A stretch of DNA of 64,000 bases from Candidatus Poribacteria bacterium (GTDB lineage Bacteria; Poribacteria; WGA-4E; WGA-3G). Position numbers and translations under genes: made by a program. Of this stretch, positions 39,238-48,740 are shown in pieces. Numbering within the stretch: the stretch's first letter is position 1; every line of letters starts with the position of its first letter. The stretch is from positions 2,880,001-2,944,000 of the forward strand of contig OZ242029.1 in the NCBI GenBank assembly GCA_965205015.1. Reading direction: 5' to 3'. The notes under the pieces were generated by a model. It was not told the origin of the DNA. It worked only from the letters and a program-made list of their open reading frames with translations, and searched no databases.

Positions 39238-42051
39238 CTACTCCTCTTCAAATTCCTGTGTGGTGAACCGCAGCGTTCGACAATTCTCTGTCACAATACG
39301 AACAATGTCATCAGGAACGCCATCTGAAACGTTGGCTTCAATATCCATCGTTATTTTAACATTTGCCCTCGGTAGACCGGTAAGGTGCTGGACGACTTCC
39401 TCTATAACCCGTTGTGCGGCAGGTCCTGTCCGTATTGTATCCAAGTCGACAGTGCCGTAGAAGCGTTTGGGTTTCGCTGTTTGTAGAGGCGCAGTGCCAG
39501 TCCCCGCGCCTTCTGTTTCTCCTCCGGATGTACCATAAGGCGATCCCTCCTCTTTCCCATCAAAATCCGGCTGCGGAGGTTGTGGAGGCTCTCCTTCTGT
39601 TTGTTCTGCTGCATCCGCTTCAAGCTGCTTTGCTGCTATATCAGGTTTTACCAACACGCTTGGTTTTTCAAGATAGATTGAACCGCTGGCACTGCCGAAT
39701 TGCAACCCGTTATACCGTCCTGTGTCGTCAACGCTGTTTGCGTATCCGAACGCCTTTGTTTTAATCCCTGCCTGAATTGTAGCGAGCAACACATCGGAAT
39801 CACGGAGGCGCGACAGATACAGATAAGTCGCGAGGCACTCCCACACGCGCTTGAGACTGATATGTGATTCCTCTTTCCAGAGCCAATTGTCCAGTTCCAT
39901 CTTTAACAGGATAGGCGACCATTTAGGGATAAGCTGCGCATCATCCCGGACTTTCGCAACGGCTTTTGCAACAGCAGTTTCCTGTGAACCGGGAATGCGT
40001 GTTTCTTCCCACACGATCGGGTCTGTTCCTTCTTGTGTTGGGACGAGGAGCCAAGAATACGCTTCGTTGAGTCGTATTCCGACAGTGTCATTGCTCTGCT
40101 CTTTACCACGCGTGGCTTCGCGCCGCTGGTTGGCGTCAAGGTTCAATGCTTCAACTTCTTGGACGATTGAGTCCCATGCGAGATAACGACGGGTTTCGCG
40201 TTCAAGGGAATCCCATTCTCCAGTGTCAGATGCGACGAAGATCAGCATATTGCGATAGGTTCTTGGGATGTCTCCCCGTTTTTCTAAAATCTCCGATACG
40301 GTTATAAGTGCCTCTGAATGTTGTGTTCTCGCTTGATGTCCGGCTATAGGTGGAACGATTACCAATCGCGCTGTCGATTCATCTGGGACATCTGCTGACG
40401 AAGGACACGCGTGGATGGCTTTAAAATCCCCACGCCTTTGGGTTTGTTGGCGCAATCGGCGGACAACCTCCGTCTCTACGACCTCTATTTCTAACTTAGC
40501 AGCACGGTCTTCCATTGTTCTACGGAGATTCGGATGCGTGTCATACCAATAGCGTTGGGCGCGGGTGTAAAGGTGCGTCAGTCGATCCGTCAAACGTTTG
40601 GTTGCATCATTGAACACTGAGACGTGCTCATCGGGCTGCGCGACACCGAGGCGAATTCGCATTTCTTCAAGACCGCGCACTGCTTGCCCACTCCCATGGG
40701 GCGCGCTCCCCATGAAGATTGTGCGTGCCACCCGTCGCGCCGCAGATATTTCACCAAAGCGTGTGTTCCCTTCGTCAATCGCGCGTGGCTCGGAACGGTC
40801 GCCATCCACGTCTTTATCCACAACGGCGTTCCAATTCTCCGGTAGGTAGCGAAGGAGTTCCTCTCGCACACGTGGTGAATCGAGTGGGATAGATCCGGGG
40901 AGAATGAGTGGAGAGCGATCTTCGTTTATCCATAGGTGATGGATAACGGCTGCCATTAAGCGCAGCACACCACGGGTTTTCTGGAAGCTCTCAAGGGGTG
41001 ACCAGTCGTCATAGAGTCTGTCGAACAGTTCAGGGTGGATCGGATACGCCCGCCGGAGCCGATCGAGATACGGGGCATCACGACATTCAACGGGAAAGTC
41101 TGAAGGATTTTCGTCGTATAATTGCGTGAACGCTCGGCAGACTGCATCATGAGTGGTTTTATCTTTGACGGGCGAGAACAACCGTCGCCGTACGATTTCA
41201 AATCCTTCATCTGCATCGACAGGTCTCCAGATACCTTCAAGCCTACCGATAGTGTGCTGAATGCGTTCCAACGCCGCTTTCCCTGCTTCACCGCCGATCT
41301 CGATGTCGGATTCCGGAATTGAAGCGACAAGTTGACTCCGTTCTGCAGTTTTGACTGCTTCCGTCAAGGACTGCACAAAGGTGAGGTTAGCGTCAAATGA
41401 ACCGGCGGGTAAGCCGTTGACACCGTATATGTTGCGGGTATATGCAACTAATTCGTCTATAAGGATGATCGCTGGACCAAATTCGTTGAGGAGCGTAGTG
41501 AGGTCGTTCGCACCTGGGGCAACGCTCTTTTTATCAGCGGTTTTTACGATTTCATATCCGTCTTGTCCACCGAGTTGTGCCGCAATGTTGCCCCAAAGCG
41601 TTCGGGTTTTTATCCCTTTTACTTCTTGCGTGCGAGATGGATTCAGGTCTGCTCCGACGATGACTGCGATACGGGCAACTGGGAGTTCGCTCACTTGTGC
41701 TTCGTGGAGAATAGCGTCTGCCCCTTCCATTTGCTCCGGACTTGCTTTCCCACTAAAGAGGTGATACAATGCCAGCATGCTGTGCGTTTTTCCACCACCG
41801 AATGCGGTTTTTAGTTGCACAATCGGTTCCCCGTTTTTTCCTGTTACCTGCTTAACAGCAGTCGCGAGAAGCCGTCGCATGCCTTCTGTGAGATAGGTTC
41901 GGGCGAAAAATTCTATTGGATCTTGATATTCCGCATCTGCTGTGCCGGCGATAACTTCACCGAGGTTGGCGGCGAATTCCGCTTGGTGATAACGTCCCGT
42001 CGCAATGTCAGGATGTGGAGTGACAACCTCTCTCCACGGGTTCAATGCCAT
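39238..42051 (-). CDS. DUF499 AAA+ ATPase (HmaC-like / BREX-related)
   Basis: PWREVVTPHPD, EFAANL, FFARTYLTEG, Walker A TAFGGGKTHS, ILIDELVAY, YPIHPELFDRLY, FQKTRGVLR. Confidence 0.92.
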   Translation of the reverse strand: MALNPWREVVTPHPDIATGRYHQAEFAANLGEVIAGTADAEYQDPIEFFARTYLTEGMRRLLATAVKQVTGKNGEPIVQLKTAFGGGKTHSMLALYHLFSGKASPEQMEGADAILHEAQVSELPVARIAVIVGADLNPSRTQEVKGIKTRTLWGNIAAQLGGQDGYEIVKTADKKSVAPGANDLTTLLNEFGPAIILIDELVAYTRNIYGVNGLPAGSFDANLTFVQSLTEAVKTAERSQLVASIPESDIEIGGEAGKAALERIQHTIGRLEGIWRPVDADEGFEIVRRRLFSPVKDKTTHDAVCRAFTQLYDENPSDFPVECRDAPYLDRLRRAYPIHPELFDRLYDDWSPLESFQKTRGVLRLMAAVIHHLWINEDRSPLILPGSIPLDSPRVREELLRYLPENWNAVVDKDVDGDRSEPRAIDEGNTRFGEISAARRVARTIFMGSAPHGSGQAVRGLEEMRIRLGVAQPDEHVSVFNDATKRLTDRLTHLYTRAQRYWYDTHPNLRRTMEDRAAKLEIEVVETEVVRRLRQQTQRRGDFKAIHACPSSADVPDESTARLVIVPPIAGHQARTQHSEALITVSEILEKRGDIPRTYRNMLIFVASDTGEWDSLERETRRYLAWDSIVQEVEALNLDANQRREATRGKEQSNDTVGIRLNEAYSWLLVPTQEGTDPIVWEETRIPGSQETAVAKAVAKVRDDAQLIPKWSPILLKMELDNWLWKEESHISLKRVWECLATYLYLSRLRDSDVLLATIQAGIKTKAFGYANSVDDTGRYNGLQFGSASGSIYLEKPSVLVKPDIAAKQLEADAAEQTEGEPPQPPQPDFDGKEEGSPYGTSGGETEGAGTGTAPLQTAKPKRFYGTVDLDTIRTGPAAQRVIEEVVQHLTGLPRANVKITMDIEANVSDGVPDDIVRIVTENCRTLRFTTQEFEEE

Positions 42052-42065
42052 TTTTTTCCTCTCTT

Positions 42066-42596
42066 CTATAAATCTGGGTCGCTTCGTTTTGATCTACGTC
42101 GTTCTTCAATAGTGTTCAATATTTTTTCTCGCCAAGAATTGATAAGTTTCAGTGCTTCGTCCTTCAGATCGGCCATCATTTCATCTTCTGTTGCCCCGAA
42201 TTCAGTTGATAAAGGTATATCAAATTCATTGGCTCCTTCAAGATAGACCTCTACAAGATGATTAGCGGCTTCCTCATCGTATTTAGATGTGCCGAGTAGA
42301 ATATCCACAGCCTCATCCTCGACTTCCCATGCAATTTCAGCGAAATGATAATCATAATTGTGTAAATCCGTGAGATAAGAGTCATAAGGCATCATATCAT
42401 AGAGACGCTCCTCAATCGGATCTGCTAACTCCTCAAGTTTATCCTGTGCAGAATTCTGGCTGAAATAATGGTTGCCAATAGGGGTCACCCGTAAGATCCG
42501 CAAGGTGGTTTCTATCAGAATCTTATCTCTACCGCGGGAATCAAGGCATCGAAAGAGTCTCACGAGTCGCTTTTCATCATCGGTTAAATTATCCAT
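42066..42596 (-). CDS. Acidic hypothetical protein embedded between methyltransferase and ATPase
   Basis: AAGGA RBS, ATG 42596; N-terminus LTDDEKRLVRLFRCLD; no clear domain. Confidence 0.7.
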   Translation of the reverse strand: MDNLTDDEKRLVRLFRCLDSRGRDKILIETTLRILRVTPIGNHYFSQNSAQDKLEELADPIEERLYDMMPYDSYLTDLHNYDYHFAEIAWEVEDEAVDILLGTSKYDEEAANHLVEVYLEGANEFDIPLSTEFGATEDEMMADLKDEALKLINSWREKILNTIEERRRSKRSDPDL

Positions 42597-42721
42597 TGTA
42601 GCATTCCTTAAATGTTTAGTTTTCAAATCACATTCTTTCAATTGAACAATCTTTGACTGTCACGCCTCAACCTGTTTTTCACACCAGATTCCTCAATTCG
42701 TGCAATTTAGCCGGAACTTCA

Positions 42722-45493
42722 TCATGACTCCTGAATATTAAATTCTTGCTGTGTTTCTCGTTCTTCGGAACGCACACGTTCTTCTTGAATACCCGCCCAT
42801 GAAGTAATAAGCGTGTTATAGGCAATCGCCTCCTGTGCCCAGCCGTTGCGTTCACAGATAGCGAAAAGGCGATATGCCAACGCGCGTGCATTCTCGACCT
42901 GTTCGCTGCTGAGTTGATTGGCAAGACGTGCGACTTCAGTCTCACCACTCTGATTGAGTTCTCTGATGAGGTATTGCGTGCATTCCCATGTATTTATACG
43001 TCTATCGGAAGTTGGATCCCATTCGTCAGGATATTCCTCACGGGAAAGCAGACGGACCCTTCCGGCACGCGCTTGTAGTATACCTGATTCGACTATACCT
43101 TCTACACTGGTGTCTCTGGCACGCGCAAGAACATCGGCATCACCAAAGGATGACTCTCTCATTCCGTACTGTTCAAACCACGAAACACAAAAGCGCGTGT
43201 CGGCATCGAGATCGCCTTCCTGCTCGGTGAAATAGGCATCAAGTTCGGCATTGATGATTTGCAGAGCAGTGCGAACCCGCATTGGATTCCCATCAGGTTC
43301 AAGGACACTGCTGTAATTCGAGAAGACTGCCATGCCGGGACCAATTGCTGCTTGTGCGAGATCAACGGGAGCAATATTACCCTGCTGCAGGTGTCTGAGT
43401 GCGTCAGGCAGTTCGCGCCGAAGCAAGGTAATAAAATCGCGTCGGGTCACCATACCTGCATCATCGGATCGCGGACGACAGACGAGAACAATTGAGGAGG
43501 CGAGGGCATTGGTTCCCATCGCGATTTGGCGATTTCTCATTTCTGTTCGCATCGGCAGTGTCCCTGTAATCTGAAAACCGGCTTTCAGCAACCCTTCAAG
43601 CATTGTTTCCCATCCCGTTGAGGAAACGCCTCCATCTTTGCTATCCATTTCGGACTGCTTAAAAGCGTAGTAGACAGTTAGAGGATAATCTGGATGTGAG
43701 CGCGCTTTCATGAGCTGGAAGGCTTTACCTAAACCTGTTAGAAAATGTTCTTCTGCTCTCCTTCTATCGCCGCCGAAACGATGACGGGCAGCAACGAGTT
43801 CCTCAGTTGTTGGAACAAGCATCAACTTAAACAAATCAGGATAGATTTGCCTTAGACTTCGACGCAACCAGATATAAAAAAAGTTTGAAAGTTCTGCATA
43901 ATCAATGTTATCGTAATACGGTGGATCGGTCGAAATAAGTGGAGTGTCAACATCTAGCAACGCCGAAGCAGCATCAAGCTGGGCGATACGCCCGTTCTGA
44001 ACCTGAATATTTCCCAAATTCTTATCGATAAACCGAGCACCCCATTCTACGCAAGCTAACCAATTTCCAGTTGAGTGACTGAAAGGATTAGACTCTGCAT
44101 AATCCCAGATCATCGCAATCGCTTGACGACCAAAAGTACTACGTATTTTCTCAGTATCGTTCTGCCAACAACAAAAACTTGACCCATAATCCGCCGCTTT
44201 ATCAACTGCAAAAGCCAAATAGGTCGCCACAGCATTAGCGTAAACCTCTGCTTCTTCACAATCTGATTTGATTGCCTCTTCCTTCACCTGTTTCTGTGCT
44301 TCGGCTATTAGATCGCTGAAGGTAGATAAAGCAGTTAATTGACGTTGTGTGAAAAGATTTGCCCAAGTAAAGAAACCATATCCGCGTCCACTGACTAAGG
44401 TTGTGGTATCCCTATTCATTTCGATCTCAGGGGTCCAATTAGGTATAGCAGATTCCGCAATTTTCTCATGTTTTTCTGATGGTGATAGATAAACTCGGCC
44501 TCGTTTTCCTTCAACAACAATTGCCATTAGTTTTGAATCCAGCCGACCTGCCATGCTTTCATTTTTAATATGTGTTTCAGGGCTGTCTTGATGGCAAACA
44601 AGGCACTGGAAACGCGCCCCTCTCCCTCTTTTTGTCGGTTCAGTGGGCACGCCGTCCCCTGTTTTTACGGTGAACTGCACAGTTTTATTCGTTTTATCAA
44701 CGACAGGTTCAATCCATGCCTTATTTCTTTCTCTTTTTGATAACCAAAAAGAGGTAACAAGCGGCATTCTTGCTTTGCAGGCTGGGTTCTGACATTTCAC
44801 CCTTCGCGCCCAAACCCACGCGATGACCGTTGCTTCACCGCCGCCCTGTTCCGTCGGCAGTTTCACTTTTGGGTAAAGATGTCCTATGCGTTTCTCGGCT
44901 TCACCACGTATCCATTTTCCATAGTAGCGGACATCTTCTGCTAACCCCATGGCCCCTCTCAATGTTTGGTTCTGCAGTGAATCATTCTGTGCGTCGGGAT
45001 TAACAGGCGGTTGCCCAGCAAAGCGTGGTAGAATTTCGATCATCGCCTTAGTGATTAGCACCGCGACGGGGTTAAGATCGCTGCCGTGTGCCTCTAAGCC
45101 AAGTCGTTGTGCTTCCAGCGGAATTGAACCGCCCCCGCAAAATGGATCTAACACAGGCGGCGGATTCCTATCCGTTGACTTAAGAATTTCGGCGCGTGCT
45201 TTTTTCAGAACATGCTCGTTATTAATATTTTCCCATTTCACCAAATCCTGAATGATCTCAAAAAGGCGTTTGCGTTCACGTTCTTGCTCTGCTTCGGTGA
45301 GATCGTCTCGACTGGAAGGGTCATCAACAAGTGAGGCAAATAGCACTGCACGACACGCTGCTAAAGGTCGGCGCGCCCACCAGAGGTGTAACGTGGATGG
45401 GTGTCCGTGACGGATAGATTTTTCGCGTGCGGCTTCGCGATTGATGTCATCTAACGGTAAAGCGACTTCAATCAGTTTTTTGCGGTAGGTCAC
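42722..45493 (-). CDS. DUF1156 amino-(adenine) DNA methyltransferase (HmaB-like)
   Basis: KKLIEVALPL, LHLWWARRPLAACRA, LDPFCGGGSIP (motif I), Zn-finger-like Cys pairs, TDPPYY (motif IV). Confidence 0.93.
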   Translation of the reverse strand: MTYRKKLIEVALPLDDINREAAREKSIRHGHPSTLHLWWARRPLAACRAVLFASLVDDPSSRDDLTEAEQERERKRLFEIIQDLVKWENINNEHVLKKARAEILKSTDRNPPPVLDPFCGGGSIPLEAQRLGLEAHGSDLNPVAVLITKAMIEILPRFAGQPPVNPDAQNDSLQNQTLRGAMGLAEDVRYYGKWIRGEAEKRIGHLYPKVKLPTEQGGGEATVIAWVWARRVKCQNPACKARMPLVTSFWLSKRERNKAWIEPVVDKTNKTVQFTVKTGDGVPTEPTKRGRGARFQCLVCHQDSPETHIKNESMAGRLDSKLMAIVVEGKRGRVYLSPSEKHEKIAESAIPNWTPEIEMNRDTTTLVSGRGYGFFTWANLFTQRQLTALSTFSDLIAEAQKQVKEEAIKSDCEEAEVYANAVATYLAFAVDKAADYGSSFCCWQNDTEKIRSTFGRQAIAMIWDYAESNPFSHSTGNWLACVEWGARFIDKNLGNIQVQNGRIAQLDAASALLDVDTPLISTDPPYYDNIDYAELSNFFYIWLRRSLRQIYPDLFKLMLVPTTEELVAARHRFGGDRRRAEEHFLTGLGKAFQLMKARSHPDYPLTVYYAFKQSEMDSKDGGVSSTGWETMLEGLLKAGFQITGTLPMRTEMRNRQIAMGTNALASSIVLVCRPRSDDAGMVTRRDFITLLRRELPDALRHLQQGNIAPVDLAQAAIGPGMAVFSNYSSVLEPDGNPMRVRTALQIINAELDAYFTEQEGDLDADTRFCVSWFEQYGMRESSFGDADVLARARDTSVEGIVESGILQARAGRVRLLSREEYPDEWDPTSDRRINTWECTQYLIRELNQSGETEVARLANQLSSEQVENARALAYRLFAICERNGWAQEAIAYNTLITSWAGIQEERVRSEERETQQEFNIQES

Positions 45494-45516
45494 AGGTTCT
45501 CCTTTCAGTGAATCGT

Positions 45517-45545
45517 ATCATAACACAAAAGCGGAAGTTGTGCAA
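45517..45545 (-). promoter_or_regulatory. Internal sigma70-like promoter for methyltransferase/ATPase genes
   Basis: Minus strand TTGCAC-N17-TATGAT with extended TG; AGGAG RBS before the GTG start at 45493. Confidence 0.65.
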
Positions 45546-45611
45546 ATTCAATCGTTTCGTTTCGACAGGCAACTCAGAGGAATTCAGTTTCCCGATAATT
45601 TCAATATCTTG

Positions 45612-46871
45612 CTATCGCCTGAGACTGGGTAACCAGAGCACACCTTCACCCGATCTCGGCTCGCGTATTATCCGCAATTCAGTCCCAGGAAGTATCCTTT
45701 TCTTCATCGGGCTCCTCGGATGGACAGAAAAGGGAATATATCCGACGCGATCGCAACTTGGCATTGAACTATTTGGATCTCCTGATAGGATAATCTGATA
45801 AGAGAATTGGTTAGGTAGAAGTCCGGTGAAGAAATCAATTCTACACCCAATATCCTCACCTTGAGGAAAAAAACCAATACCGTGAAAATGTTCAGTTGAG
45901 TCATAAACAAGATTTTCGGTTTCAGAAATTTTATATCCAGCGACAAATTTGTTAGGAGTTCCCCTATAAATAAACTCTTTGATTTCATTAAATATAGGTT
46001 CATGCCCACTGAATTCATGATAATGGTACAAAAAGCAATGAAATGCTACTTTGGCTATTGATCTGGTAAAGAAGGATATACCTTCTTGATCTGGTAACGC
46101 CAGAATGGTTGCTGCAAACATCTCTGGATGGTCAAATTTCTTTGCTTCTATAATTTCCTTCGTTCCACCCTGAAGTGAGTTGAAGAAATCTTCAACTGTG
46201 TTCCAGGGCCTACCTTCCTCTGGATATATCACTCTCAAATCATACCGAGTACGAGGAAAATCTTTTATGAATTTAGATTTAAATTCCGCCACTTTGCCAA
46301 AGAAACGCCAAGCAGTCCGAGGCGGAAAAATGTAGGTGTTTCCAAAAATACAATAGACATCCTCGTTTTCATCATAATTGATACGGTCTTCATTTACAAC
46401 AGTAGCGTTTAATCTTTCTCGATTTTCCGCGATGATTTCCTCCCCTGTCTGTCCCTCAGTGTATAGGGTCAAAATTATCTGTGGACGCAGGGGTTCTACT
46501 GAGTAAGTAGAATTAATTGTCCCATCATTCTCTTCTTTAAATTCGTGTAGAACAATATGATCGTCGTAAACAGGATTCGGCAGAAATAGTCCTATTGGAT
46601 TAATTCCGGATGCCCTCTTGTGATAGAGGGAAGTATGAAGCCCTTTAATTTTCCCACCCAATTCGCACTGAATCCGGTCCCATACAAAAGCTATATGAGA
46701 TCTCTTTGACAAAGCCATATCAAGTTTTCCCAGGCTGCTATTGCAGGTTTTACACAAGTGTTTATCAATTATCCACTCGGGGGCACCTTCCTGGAGTAGC
46801 GACTTGGGAAAAGCATGCTCTCTATTTAAATCTTTTTCCTCTTTGCAATAAATGCATCTGCCTTTTATCAT
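45612..46871 (-). CDS. HNH endonuclease-domain protein
   Basis: N-terminal CIYC...EHAFPKSL...CKTCN; long unknown C-terminus; AT-rich. Confidence 0.82.
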   Translation of the reverse strand: MIKGRCIYCKEEKDLNREHAFPKSLLQEGAPEWIIDKHLCKTCNSSLGKLDMALSKRSHIAFVWDRIQCELGGKIKGLHTSLYHKRASGINPIGLFLPNPVYDDHIVLHEFKEENDGTINSTYSVEPLRPQIILTLYTEGQTGEEIIAENRERLNATVVNEDRINYDENEDVYCIFGNTYIFPPRTAWRFFGKVAEFKSKFIKDFPRTRYDLRVIYPEEGRPWNTVEDFFNSLQGGTKEIIEAKKFDHPEMFAATILALPDQEGISFFTRSIAKVAFHCFLYHYHEFSGHEPIFNEIKEFIYRGTPNKFVAGYKISETENLVYDSTEHFHGIGFFPQGEDIGCRIDFFTGLLPNQFSYQIILSGDPNSSMPSCDRVGYIPFSVHPRSPMKKRILPGTELRIIREPRSGEGVLWLPSLRR

Positions 46872-47070
46872 GATACTTCCTCTAATGTTTCTAACACAAT
46901 GACACTACCTTTTCGTTTTCGGAACCTTATATTCGTCAGTATTCAAGAGATTTTGACGACCTTCCCAGTTATCTCATCATCCGGTAGGTTGGAGAAGCGG
47001 GACCCTTGGCGTGTGAGTTGGGCGAAATAGCACTCTCAACCATATAGGTTGTTGGCATTGAGGGGTAAAT

Positions 47071-47871
47071 CTATTTTTTCTGTCTTACATTCCATATTGA
47101 AAAAGTTTTTTCAATATCTTCAATCGGGATCTCATCCAGGTTCACGAATGTATACAATCGCTTTGTATAACCTGAAAGCAATCCGGAGCCTGGATTACGC
47201 AAGAACGGCTCATTAATTTCTGACAATCTGGGAATAGATCCTGGCTCAATGTAGTAATTATCCATCAAATTTTCATAATCTCTGCCAATAGAATAAAATC
47301 TCGTCCGCTCGTTTTGAGGTATTTGTTCCTGATTAGCTATAGAACGAATCTCTACTTCCTGATTTCCGTATAGAATTATAAGTCTTATTATACAGAGCTG
47401 CCGATAAGAAAGTTCATTGAGATCCTTTAAAATCTGGCGATATGTATCTATATCTAAGTCTTGATTGAAATGAACATTTTCAGTTACACTCGCCATAAAT
47501 TTTATTTTCGGTTCCTCGGTTGTATCCATTACCTTTTTCAAAGTTGATTCTATAACTTCTTCCCAGTTAGACCGATTGGTAGGGGTTTCCTCAAAGAACC
47601 TATCCTTTCGAAATTCTTCACCGTTTTTTGATCTTTGCGCAATACCTTCTGCCGCTTGTTTTGCCCATTGATATAATCTTTTAGATTCGCTTCTGCTAGT
47701 AAGAGGTGAGATGACTCGACGTATGACTTCTCTGACGATTATTGGGATGATCACTGCAGACATACCCGTGGGATCACCAATAGCGGAGTTCGTCAAAATA
47801 CCTAACACCGGCAGACTAAAATCTTGTATAAGAGGTTCCGGTGTATCTTCTTCTGGTTTCATCAGAGTCAT
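47071..47871 (-). CDS. Hypothetical protein, Abi-alpha/DUF4393-like
   Basis: N-terminal hydrophobic segment; EEPKIKFMASV.EN...ILKDLNELSYRQL helical pattern; ATGA overlap with the upstream gene. Confidence 0.55.
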   Translation of the reverse strand: MTLMKPEEDTPEPLIQDFSLPVLGILTNSAIGDPTGMSAVIIPIIVREVIRRVISPLTSRSESKRLYQWAKQAAEGIAQRSKNGEEFRKDRFFEETPTNRSNWEEVIESTLKKVMDTTEEPKIKFMASVTENVHFNQDLDIDTYRQILKDLNELSYRQLCIIRLIILYGNQEVEIRSIANQEQIPQNERTRFYSIGRDYENLMDNYYIEPGSIPRLSEINEPFLRNPGSGLLSGYTKRLYTFVNLDEIPIEDIEKTFSIWNVRQKK

Positions 47872-48548
47872 TTTGGTTGCTCCTTTTCAAAGACCTGAGA
47901 CAGACTAACTACTGGATAGATAGTTCCTCTGTAATCGATGCTTGCCACAATTTCTGTCACTTCAATCGGATTTGTAAGAAACCATTCATTTCCTTGGGCA
48001 CGCGGGAGGTGCTTGCCATGTAGGGTGAGGACCCCATGTATGGCTTTCTCCATGGCCGCATGTAAATCTGTTCGAAAAAGAAGTGCGATTATAGGGGGTT
48101 TTGGGGTACCGCGCGTTTGGTTTTTCACCCGTGTTTCAGGTGCATCATATTTTATCTTCCCATTCTGGTCTACACCATCAGTTTTACCGATCTTGCATTC
48201 CCAAACAGACTTACCTTTTGATTCTGCGTCCTGTTTATCCTGTGAGAAATAGTAGAGATAGACCCAATGCGCCCCTTCGCCAAAAATCCATTGATCCTTC
48301 TGAGCAATGCGCCAAACTTGGTTGCCAATAAGACTTGTCTTTGCTTTTTTGCGTAAGTTATCTAATGCTCTAAATACTGTGATACTGCCACTTCCTCCTT
48401 CAGGTGGTTCTAATCCACCATGTTCTTTGTGCTTGCGAAGTAAGTACCTTCTTATGGTTCGAATCTTCGTACCGGATGTCCATGTCTCTGTGAGGAGTGC
48501 TTCTGCAATCTCTACGGAGAAATGCTGACTCTTATATTCATAATCCAT
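47868..48548 (-). CDS. GIY-YIG/T5orf172-like nuclease with N-terminal wHTH-like region
   Basis: WVYLYY...CKIGKT...RV...EKAIHGVL...GNEWF; start chosen at ATG 48548. Confidence 0.78.
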   Translation of the reverse strand: MDYEYKSQHFSVEIAEALLTETWTSGTKIRTIRRYLLRKHKEHGGLEPPEGGSGSITVFRALDNLRKKAKTSLIGNQVWRIAQKDQWIFGEGAHWVYLYYFSQDKQDAESKGKSVWECKIGKTDGVDQNGKIKYDAPETRVKNQTRGTPKPPIIALLFRTDLHAAMEKAIHGVLTLHGKHLPRAQGNEWFLTNPIEVTEIVASIDYRGTIYPVVSLSQVFEKEQPK

Positions 48549-48740
48549 ATTTTTCCCTATAATCTGAAAAATCTTTTCGAGGATGCCCTCAGAATCCCTT
48601 TGAAAAAGCATCCCCGCATGTTATCCTTCCATGTTTAAAGCGTATAACTATTTCAAATTATTGTGGTTGAATCCTGACTTTAGGCATTAATCGAGAGCAT
48701 AGGAAGGTGGCAGGGGACTACTTTCTGGAGTTGTCCTTTC

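Noticed and set aside
46872-47070. Possible gene remnant or ncRNA between cargo genes
   Set aside because: Short stop-interrupted frames, and no convincing structure or family recognisable by eye.
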